Under the pieces are notes generated by a model. It searched no databases. It worked only from the letters and a program-made list of their open reading frames with translations, and was not told the origin of the DNA. The translations under genes and the position numbers were made by a program. Of a stretch of 64,000 nucleotides of DNA, positions 8,047 through 15,337 are shown one piece after another. Numbering within the stretch: position 1 is the stretch's first letter; each line of letters begins with the position of its first letter. The DNA comes from a virus (Duplodnaviria > Caudoviricetes), in the IMG/VR virus record IMGVR_UViG_3300031951_000074, positions 1-64,000 of that record, one strand, 5' to 3'.

Positions 8047-8109
8047 TTGACCGGGCCACCAAAATTATGATATAATTTTGGCGCCACAATAGGGGTAAAC
8101 CCCTATTGT
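8047..8109 (+). promoter_or_regulatory. Repeat element 12
   Basis: TTGACC-N18-TATAAT(8071-76), GGCGCC 8080-85, palindrome ACAATAGGGGT-AA-ACCCCTATTGT. Confidence 0.85.
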
Positions 8110-8244
8110 TTATTCTGTTAGTTCTCTGTATACCTGATCATAACTAACACAGTATTCCCAGGCTGCATTTCTGCAAGCATCAAAGAAACTCATGTGATAT
8201 ACAGACATCAATTGCTTTGCGTAACACACGGCAGCTTCAAGCAT
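8110..8244 (-). CDS. Small hypothetical protein
   Basis: MLEAAVCYAK..., AAGGAA RBS. Confidence 0.6.
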   Translation of the reverse strand: MLEAAVCYAKQLMSVYHMSFFDACRNAAWEYCVSYDQVYRELTE

Positions 8245-8254
8245 TTTGTTCCTT

Positions 8255-8458
8255 TCAAACCCGAAACGTGGGGTTGACACCCACCTTGTCAGCCACCATC
8301 CACACGTACTCCACGTACACTTCTTCTTCGCGGGCAGCCTGGGCCGCCACGTCCAGCTCCCAGTTGGCTTGGTCGTATTCTTCACGAATGGTCATCTCAG
8401 CCATGTCCAGCTCAAAGGACTCAATGTCTTCACGGGTCATGTCGGTGGGGTAGTACAT
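8255..8458 (-). CDS. Small, very acidic protein (possible DNA mimic)
   Basis: 67 aa rich in D/E; AGGAG RBS; promoter TTGACA-N18-TATACT at 8520-8491. Confidence 0.7.
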   Translation of the reverse strand: MYYPTDMTREDIESFELDMAEMTIREEYDQANWELDVAAQAAREEEVYVEYVWMVADKVGVNPTFRV

Positions 8459-8554
8459 CTTGGGGGCTCCTTGTCTGTGTCAGTAGAGTTAGTATAACGC
8501 AAAACAGCGTGTTGTGTCAAACCCGATCTTTGTGTGGGGTCTTTGACCAGGCCC

Positions 8555-8623
8555 TTGACCGGGCCACCAAAATTATGATATAATTCTGGCGCCACAAAGC
8601 CCCTACAGATTGTAGGGGCTTTG
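8555..8623 (+). promoter_or_regulatory. Repeat element 13
   Basis: TTGACC-N18-TATAAT(8579-84), GGCGCC 8588-93, hairpin 8595-8623. Confidence 0.85.
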
Positions 8624-8628
8624 GTCAA

Positions 8629-8871
8629 TCACACCAAGGTGTACCGACCCGCATCGTACTCACGAAGCACAGCACGACCGATGTTGGCGTTAGTATCCAT
8701 ATCGAGCCCCCACAACACAACCACGCCGGAAATGTGGCGTGAGGCATCGTGAAAGAAAACCTCTACATCGTCCAGGTTCAGCTCTACCCCATCCTGTTCC
8801 TCGAACACAATGTCCAAGAATTGTTGATTGTTGTAGACCCGGCCGGTGTTGTAAACAATGTGCTTCTTCAT
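8629..8871 (-). CDS. Hypothetical protein
   Basis: MKKHIVYNTGRVY..., AGGAG RBS. Confidence 0.7.
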   Translation of the reverse strand: MKKHIVYNTGRVYNNQQFLDIVFEEQDGVELNLDDVEVFFHDASRHISGVVVLWGLDMDTNANIGRAVLREYDAGRYTLV

Positions 8872-8882
8872 CTTTGTTCTCC

Positions 8883-8969
8883 TTACATGAAGCGCTGAAC
8901 AAACCAAACCTTCAGCCAGAAAACTATCACAATCGTTTCGACGGCTGCAATGATTTCTGCTGTGGTCAT
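8883..8969 (-). CDS. 28-aa single-TM peptide (not in ORF track)
   Basis: MTTAEIIAAVETIVIVFWLKVWFVQRFM*, GAGGA RBS, promoter TTGACT-N18-TATACT at 9030-9001. Confidence 0.6.
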   Translation of the reverse strand: MTTAEIIAAVETIVIVFWLKVWFVQRFM

Positions 8970-9237
8970 CTTGGTGTTCCTCTCGTGTTGCAGTGATGAC
9001 AGTATAGCGCAAAACACCACAGTCAGTCAAACCCGAGTTTTATGTGGGGTTTTTGAGTGGCCCCTTGACGTGGCCCAGGAACACGTGGTACAATAGGGGC
9101 GGTTAACAGACTAGTTACTTTACTGAGTGTGCTGCGCCCTCCAACACGGCCTCTTTTAAAAAAATATCACACAACACTTTCGGTGCCAAAACCCAGCAAA
9201 TCCTTTTTAAAAATAATACCCAAGTCAAAAATAGTGG

Positions 9238-9266
9238 TTGAATTTTTTTAACACATGTTTTATAAT
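9238..9266 (+). promoter_or_regulatory. Promoter for terminase genes
   Basis: TTGAAT-N17-TATAAT. Confidence 0.7.
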
Positions 9267-9295
9267 TCAGTTTTACACTACCCACAACACCAACC

Positions 9296-9781
9296 ATGAA
9301 CACACTGCCCGTTCCACACTCACCTGCAGAGGTAGTGCAGCTCACCCCAGAAGACGTGTTAATCTGCAATACGTACTTGACAACAGGAAGCATTGAAGTC
9401 ACGAGCTCTCAACTAGACATTAGTCAAGAACTGGTGGTCAAAACTCTGGAGTCGCCACTGTCCAAAAGTTATGTAGACCGTGTGTTTTTAGACTGGGGAT
9501 TTAACAATCGCTTCAAAATCCGCAAAGCAATGGATTTGGTGTTGGAAAAGAAATTTCAGGAGTTGGACGAGTCGGGGACGGGGTCTTCAAAAGATATCGC
9601 AGAATTGTTGGAATTGTCACACAAAATGACAATGAATGAATTGGACCGCCAGATTGCATTAGAAAAGATACGCTCCCGTCACACACCCACCATCAAAAAA
9701 CAAACAAACATTCAAGTAAACGACAACTCTGTCACATCCAACTACCACAACCTATTAAGTACACTATTAAAAAATGCTTGA
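9296..9781 (+). CDS. terS: Terminase small subunit (T5-like)
   Basis: Position before TerL; LTPED, YVDRVFLDWGF and SKDIAELL resemble T5 TerS. Confidence 0.8.
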   Translation: MNTLPVPHSPAEVVQLTPEDVLICNTYLTTGSIEVTSSQLDISQELVVKTLESPLSKSYVDRVFLDWGFNNRFKIRKAMDLVLEKKFQELDESGTGSSKDIAELLELSHKMTMNELDRQIALEKIRSRHTPTIKKQTNIQVNDNSVTSNYHNLLSTLLKNA

Positions 9782-11054
9782 AATCTCACGAGGCGATATC
9801 GTCTCCAGTCACATTCAAACTTGGAATACTCCCACTATTCAACTTCCAATCGAACCGTATTTAAAGCTGTTACCGGTGGGTACTACAACAGCCTACGACG
9901 GTTTAAACCGACCCCAAATTGCATTAATCAACGCAGTTAACTCACCTCACTACCGCTTTATTACTTGTGCGTACAGCCGTCGTCTGGGCAAGACGTTTAT
10001 TTCAAATGTGTTAGGACAGTTAATCTTTTTGATTCCAAACAAACACGTTTTAATCATGAGTCCTAACTATAGCTTGTCCAACATCAGCTTTGACTTACAA
10101 CGCAGTTTTATAAAGAACTTTGATTTAGAGGTGACTCGAGACAACACAAAAGACAGAATTATTGAATTAAGTAACAATAGTACGATCCGAATGGGATCGG
10201 TCTCAACGGTAGACTCCAGCGTAGGACGCAGTTACGACTTAATTATTTTTGATGAGGCTGCACTGCATGTGGACGGAGAAGACGCTTTTAACATTGCACT
10301 TCGCCCTACCTTAGACAAACCTACTTCAAAAGCAATCTTTATCTCAACCCCTCGTGGTAAGTCAAACTGGTTCTCTTCCTTCTACAACCGTGGGTTTGAT
10401 GACAGCTACCCGTACTGGTGTTCATTACGAGCAACCTACGACGAAAATCCTCGCATGAGTGAAACCGACGTTTTAGAGGCCAAGAACAGCATGAGTGTTG
10501 CCCAGTTCGAACAAGAGTATTTAGCGTCTTTTAATAGTTACGAGGGTCAGATTTACAAGTTTAGTGAACACAATGTAATAGACGAAACACATGTGGGCGA
10601 GTGTTTTAGTGGATTGGATCCGGGCTATCGAGACGAAACTGCATATGTAGTGGTTCAGTATTGTTATGAGTCAGATTGGTTCTATGTGTTAGACGAGTAT
10701 GTTGAAAAGAACCTTCCCACGTCCATCCATGCAGAGCGTATTAACAACCTCAATAATACGTATGGTGTAGAAACGGTGTTTATCGATTCAGCCGCAGCAC
10801 AAATGAGTGCGGACCTGGCCTACAACTACAACATCAGTTGTACAAAATCAAAAAAGGACGTTTTAGCAGGCATTAGCTTTGTGCAAAACTTGGTAGAAAC
10901 CAATCGTTTAAAAGTGCATCCTCGTTGTAAAGAAGTGTTAAAGATGTTAGACCAATATCGCTGGGATAGTTCCACGTCCGGAAAACCAGTTCATGACCGT
11001 TACTCACACATGGCAGATGCTCTTCGTTATGCACTATACAGTTTTGTTACCTAA
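9774..11054 (+). CDS. terL: Terminase large subunit
   Basis: SRRLGKT Walker A, IIFDEAA Walker B, ISTPRG, GLDPGYRD, SHMADALRY. Confidence 0.95.
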   Translation: MLEISRGDIVSSHIQTWNTPTIQLPIEPYLKLLPVGTTTAYDGLNRPQIALINAVNSPHYRFITCAYSRRLGKTFISNVLGQLIFLIPNKHVLIMSPNYSLSNISFDLQRSFIKNFDLEVTRDNTKDRIIELSNNSTIRMGSVSTVDSSVGRSYDLIIFDEAALHVDGEDAFNIALRPTLDKPTSKAIFISTPRGKSNWFSSFYNRGFDDSYPYWCSLRATYDENPRMSETDVLEAKNSMSVAQFEQEYLASFNSYEGQIYKFSEHNVIDETHVGECFSGLDPGYRDETAYVVVQYCYESDWFYVLDEYVEKNLPTSIHAERINNLNNTYGVETVFIDSAAAQMSADLAYNYNISCTKSKKDVLAGISFVQNLVETNRLKVHPRCKEVLKMLDQYRWDSSTSGKPVHDRYSHMADALRYALYSFVT

Positions 11055-11066
11055 CAAAAAATTTGC

Positions 11067-11095
11067 TTGAGAAATTTTTGCCTTTAGTATATAAT
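11067..11095 (+). promoter_or_regulatory. Late-region promoter
   Basis: TTGAGA-N17-TATAAT. Confidence 0.65.
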
Positions 11096-11105
11096 AAGGA
11101 CTGCT

Positions 11106-11600
11106 ATGGGAACAAACACAAACAAGCGAATTCCTGTAAAATGGATTCGTGACAAAGCAAAAAGTGCATACCAAAAACAAGACCATTGTTTTGTGTGTGG
11201 TGTGGAGTTGGACTTAGAACTACACCACTTAGGGTCAGTTACCCTATTATTGGAGCGCTGGTGCAAGGGTAGGGGGTTAGTCTTAAAAACGGATGACGAC
11301 GTTTTAAACATTCGTGATGAGTTTATTGAAAATCACCAAACAGAATTGTACAAAGACGTTTATACTCTTTGTAATCATCACCATGTTTTATTACACTCCG
11401 TTTTTGGAAAAGCGCCACCTCTGTCAAGCGTAGCCAAACAGCGTAACTGGATTGAGATTCAAAAGAACAAAAAAACCGATAAGATTGTTTTAAACAGTAA
11501 CATTCTTACTTTTAGCAGTTTTTACGGAAATTTTGAGTCCTTTAAACCATTGTACGAGAAAACAAATGAAAATAAGCACCGTATTCAAGAACTGGATTGA
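11106..11600 (+). CDS. T5-type site-specific nicking HNH endonuclease
   Basis: KWIRD..KSAY, CxxC, LELHH, TLCNHHH..LH; syntenic between terL and portal as in T5. Confidence 0.85.
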   Translation: MGTNTNKRIPVKWIRDKAKSAYQKQDHCFVCGVELDLELHHLGSVTLLLERWCKGRGLVLKTDDDVLNIRDEFIENHQTELYKDVYTLCNHHHVLLHSVFGKAPPLSSVAKQRNWIEIQKNKKTDKIVLNSNILTFSSFYGNFESFKPLYEKTNENKHRIQELD

Positions 11601-12744
11601 AAAACTCAATCCAGCTCAAGTTGTTATATCACGAGAAGAAGGTAGTTTAGTTGACACAACCAGTATCATCACTTACAAACAAGCGTTTGATAGGTTGGAA
11701 AGTGTTAACAGAGGCGTAAACATGATTGTTAGCGCCTGCAGCGGACTAGACTACGACATAAAAGATAAAAAATTAGATGGTGTATTTCAAGGAATGCGCC
11801 AAAAAACGTTAAACACAATATTAAATTATCAGCCAAATCCTTATCAAAGTGTTCAAGAGTTCCGACGTAACATATTCACAGACTTTTTATTAGACGGAAA
11901 TGTGTTTTTGTACTGGGACGGAGCGTCACTTTACCATTTACCAGCTGAAAATGTAACAATAGAAACAAGTGCAAAAACATTTGTTAGTCGTTACAACTAC
12001 AACTCAGAAATATTCTTCAAACCAGAAGAAGTGTTACACTTCAAAGACTTGAGTAGTAAGAGCATTTATCGTGGTGATAGTCGGTTACAGAGCTGTGATC
12101 GCAACATAAAAACTCTTTACAAAATGCAAAATTTTCAGGATGGATTCTTTGAAAATGGAGCTGTAATGGGAATGGTGTTGACCTCAGAAAACACACTGTC
12201 CCAGATTGCAAAAGACAGAACAATTCAAAACTGGACTTCAAAGTACAACCCTAAACTGGGTCCGCGGAAGCCAGTTATATTGGACAGCGGATTGAAGCCT
12301 GTTAAGCTGGGTGATGAAAGCTTTAAAGATTTAGATTTTGACAATTCTATCAAAACTCACGACAGCAAGATTTTAAAAGCACTTGGAGTTCCGCCTATCT
12401 TGTTGGAGGGTGGAAACAACGCAAACATTAGTCCTAACTTGAGATTGTTTTACCTAGAAACAGTAATTCCCATCTTAAATAACTACGTTTCAAGTTTAGA
12501 AAGATTCTTCGGATACGATATTGCTCCAGTGACAAGCAACGTATCCGCGATGCAGCCTGAGTTGAAAGACTTGGCTGCCTACTACACAACACTAGTAAAC
12601 GGAGGGATTTTGAGTCCAAACGAAGCTAGAGTTGAACTTCGCTACCAATCAAAGCCAGACTCGGATACTTTAAGAATTCCAGCAAATATTGCTGGGTCAG
12701 CAAGCAATCCAAGTACGGGCGGACGACCAAGCGAATCAAATTAA
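11566..12744 (+). CDS. Portal protein (HK97 family, T5 pb7-like)
   Basis: EKLNPAQ, PNPYQS, LLDGN, ALGVPPILL, NEAR; ATG at 11566. Confidence 0.95.
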   Translation: MKISTVFKNWIEKLNPAQVVISREEGSLVDTTSIITYKQAFDRLESVNRGVNMIVSACSGLDYDIKDKKLDGVFQGMRQKTLNTILNYQPNPYQSVQEFRRNIFTDFLLDGNVFLYWDGASLYHLPAENVTIETSAKTFVSRYNYNSEIFFKPEEVLHFKDLSSKSIYRGDSRLQSCDRNIKTLYKMQNFQDGFFENGAVMGMVLTSENTLSQIAKDRTIQNWTSKYNPKLGPRKPVILDSGLKPVKLGDESFKDLDFDNSIKTHDSKILKALGVPPILLEGGNNANISPNLRLFYLETVIPILNNYVSSLERFFGYDIAPVTSNVSAMQPELKDLAAYYTTLVNGGILSPNEARVELRYQSKPDSDTLRIPANIAGSASNPSTGGRPSESN

Positions 12745-12754
12745 AAGGAAGCAC

Positions 12755-14686
12755 ATGGATAAAAACAAAGTACTACGAATAAATAGTGCTTTTTCCATTA
12801 AAAGTGATGCCTCTAGCGATAGTTCTGTTTATATCGAGGGCTATGCAAGCACAAACGATGTGGACAGGCACGGAGACGTTGTCCCTAGTAGTGTGTGGGA
12901 AAAAGGCATCCAAAACTACTTGAAGAATCCAGTTGTGTTAGCATACCACGATCATGGTCAGCCCATTGGTCGTATGGTAGAACACAAAGCGGACTCTAAA
13001 GGGTTATGGATAAAAGCCAGGGTTAGCTCTGCTGCAAAGCAGTTTGGTTTAATCAAAGACGGCATACTATCCGCTTTTAGCATTGGATTCCGCGTTTTAG
13101 ACGCTGAGTACAATTCTGCAGCAGAAGTATTTTTAATCAAAGAACTAGAGCTGGTAGAGATTTCGGTCGTAAGTGTTCCAGCAAATCAAAATAGTCTTTT
13201 TGAACTATCTAAGGCGTTTAACACGCCTGAGGAATTTAAACTTTTTAAGGAGCAGTTTGCACTTCGTAGCGAATCAGCTAAAGGGCTTGAGTCCAAAGAA
13301 GCAAACAGCAATAAATCAAAGGAAATCATTATGAATCCAGAAGAAATCAAGCAAATGGTTGCTGAAGCAGCCAAGTCAGCCGCAGAGGCTCTAGTAAAAG
13401 AGCAAAAGATTGCTCAAGAAAAAGCAGAAAAAGAAGCCCAAGAAAAGGCTGCTTTCGAAGCAAAGGTAAAAGAAGCAGTACAAGTACATATCAAGACTGT
13501 TGATACCGGTGCTGAAAAGCTATTAAAAGAAGTTCAAGACCGTCTAGAAGCAGAGCGGGTTGCTAACAAGTCAGCTCTTGAAGGCCTACACGCCTCCATT
13601 AAAGAAAAGGCTGCTGAACTAGAAGCCATGCAAAAGTCAAAGATGACCTTTGCCGACAAGCAGACCCAAGACGCCGTAAGTTACAGCGAAAAAGAGAATG
13701 CAGTTCTTTTGGCCAAGGTCATGGGCAAGAGCATTGACAACACTCGCTACGGCAAGACAATCATTGAAAAGGCCGGTGCTCACCAGCCAACAAACGCCAA
13801 TGTTAACTACTGGGAAACAGAAGTTAGCATGAACATGGAAAACGAAGTACGTCGTCGGCTAGTAATGGCTCCTCTAATGAGAGGCATTGCAATGCAGACA
13901 AACGTAATGAAGATTCCTGTAAACCCAGAAGCAGGTGTTGCAACTTGGGTTCAGAACAGTGAGTTCGGTACTGCTAACTCAGCAGGTGCAGCTCAGACTC
14001 ATCAACTAAAAGAAATCACATTGAGCGCCTACAAGGTTGCAACACGTGAGTACTTGGCCTACGAAGAAGAAGAAGATTCAATGCTTGTTCTACTTCCAGT
14101 AGTTCGTGACGGTATGATCCGCAGAGTTGCTCGTGCAGTTGACAAGGCCATGATTAACGGTGCTGGTACTGCCAGCGATCCAGTACAAGGCGTTGCAATG
14201 TACGATGCCACATCAGCTGTAACAGTTGATTCAAGTGCTGCCGTAACAGTTGCAAACATGCGCTCTCTACGCAAGGACTTGGGTGCTTGGGGTCTAGATC
14301 CAGCCGAATTGGTTTATGTTGTAAACACCGAAGTTTACTACAACCTATTGGACGACACCAACTTCCTAACAGTTGACAAGGTCGGCGATCGTGCCACATT
14401 GCTAACTGGTCAGATCGGTGCTATCGGTAACACACCAGTTGTAGTAAGCGGAGAATTCCCTGCTATCGCTGAAGGTGCTGCTACTGCATCAACAAACATC
14501 GCAGCATTCTGCTTTGCTCCCTCTAACTTCTTGGTTGGTAACCAGCGCGGTCTACGTGTTGACACCGACAGCCTAGTAGAGACACAACGCAGAGTATTAG
14601 TTGCTTCACTACGTACTGGTCTAGTACAGCTTACAACCAACCTTGGTCCAGCTGTTTCTACACTACGCTACGTTAACGCAGCCTAA
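12755..14686 (+). CDS. Prohead protease fused in frame to the major capsid protein (HK97 fold)
   Basis: Protease motifs EGYAST, DRHGD, AYHDH, FSIGF, EISVVSVPAN; capsid portion from internal ATG 13331 with its own AAGGAA RBS. Confidence 0.9.
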   Translation: MDKNKVLRINSAFSIKSDASSDSSVYIEGYASTNDVDRHGDVVPSSVWEKGIQNYLKNPVVLAYHDHGQPIGRMVEHKADSKGLWIKARVSSAAKQFGLIKDGILSAFSIGFRVLDAEYNSAAEVFLIKELELVEISVVSVPANQNSLFELSKAFNTPEEFKLFKEQFALRSESAKGLESKEANSNKSKEIIMNPEEIKQMVAEAAKSAAEALVKEQKIAQEKAEKEAQEKAAFEAKVKEAVQVHIKTVDTGAEKLLKEVQDRLEAERVANKSALEGLHASIKEKAAELEAMQKSKMTFADKQTQDAVSYSEKENAVLLAKVMGKSIDNTRYGKTIIEKAGAHQPTNANVNYWETEVSMNMENEVRRRLVMAPLMRGIAMQTNVMKIPVNPEAGVATWVQNSEFGTANSAGAAQTHQLKEITLSAYKVATREYLAYEEEEDSMLVLLPVVRDGMIRRVARAVDKAMINGAGTASDPVQGVAMYDATSAVTVDSSAAVTVANMRSLRKDLGAWGLDPAELVYVVNTEVYYNLLDDTNFLTVDKVGDRATLLTGQIGAIGNTPVVVSGEFPAIAEGAATASTNIAAFCFAPSNFLVGNQRGLRVDTDSLVETQRRVLVASLRTGLVQLTTNLGPAVSTLRYVNAA

Positions 14687-14692
14687 TAAAAT

Positions 14693-14718
14693 CGGGGAGG
14701 AATTCCTCCCCGTTTTTT
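14693..14718 (+). terminator. Rho-independent terminator
   Basis: CGGGGAGG-AATT-CCTCCCCG followed by a T-tract. Confidence 0.85.
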
Positions 14719-14765
14719 CTAAGCAGATAGTGGTCTGTTTAGAAAAAACAAACCAGGAGTAATAC

Positions 14766-15335
14766 ATGGGACTAAATTTGATTACATTACAAGAATACAA
14801 AACATACAGTGGAATCAACAGTCCAAATGAAGACGCAACTATTAATTCTTTGATTCCAAAAGTATCAGATTTCGTAAAAACATACTGCAACCGCACTTTT
14901 ATCGACTGGGTGAGTGAGCCTAAAACTGAAGTCTTTAGCGGTGGTGTGGCATACTTGCCACAAGAGTTTCCAATCAAGAGCGTCTTGAGTTTGGAATACT
15001 CACAAGACTACGGCAACAATTATACTGAATTGGTGGAGTATGTCGACTGGGTGTTAAACAGCACCGGCGATATCGTCTTGATTAACGGGACGGGAATATT
15101 TGACACCAGACCAAACAGTTATAGGTTAACGTACTTTGCTGGATTGGATGCAGTCCCTGGCGATTTGAAATTGGCTGTTATGGACTTGTTGACGTACTAC
15201 AGACGCAATGATAGCGCAATTCATAGCACAAAAGCAGCCGGGTCGAACTCAGTACAGATTGAATACATTTCAACCACAAGTCTTCCAGCACACATCAAAC
15301 GGGTGTTGGACTTGTATGTAAATAACTACAATTAA
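14766..15335 (+). CDS. Head completion / head-tail adaptor (T5 p144-like)
   Basis: LITLQEYKTY, PGDLKLA, LPAHIKRVLDLY; synteny. Confidence 0.85.
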   Translation: MGLNLITLQEYKTYSGINSPNEDATINSLIPKVSDFVKTYCNRTFIDWVSEPKTEVFSGGVAYLPQEFPIKSVLSLEYSQDYGNNYTELVEYVDWVLNSTGDIVLINGTGIFDTRPNSYRLTYFAGLDAVPGDLKLAVMDLLTYYRRNDSAIHSTKAAGSNSVQIEYISTTSLPAHIKRVLDLYVNNYN

Positions 15336-15337
15336 TC

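Noticed and set aside
298-8623. Repeat array as integron attC sites or CRISPR
   Set aside because: No GTTRRRY/RYYYAAC boxes, no integrase, irregular spacing; the conserved part is promoter-shaped and the palindromes differ between copies
42-9000. Plus-strand ORFs in the pre-early region as targets of the + promoters
   Set aside because: They are antisense shadows of better - strand genes, lack RBSs, and several use TTG/GTG starts inside the repeat or hairpin
12689-12754. Upstream extension of the protease-capsid ORF, and similar 5' extensions of 52232..53317, 35023..35460 and 1026..1775
   Set aside because: These extensions overlap upstream genes, promoters or terminators; downstream ATGs have clear RBSs
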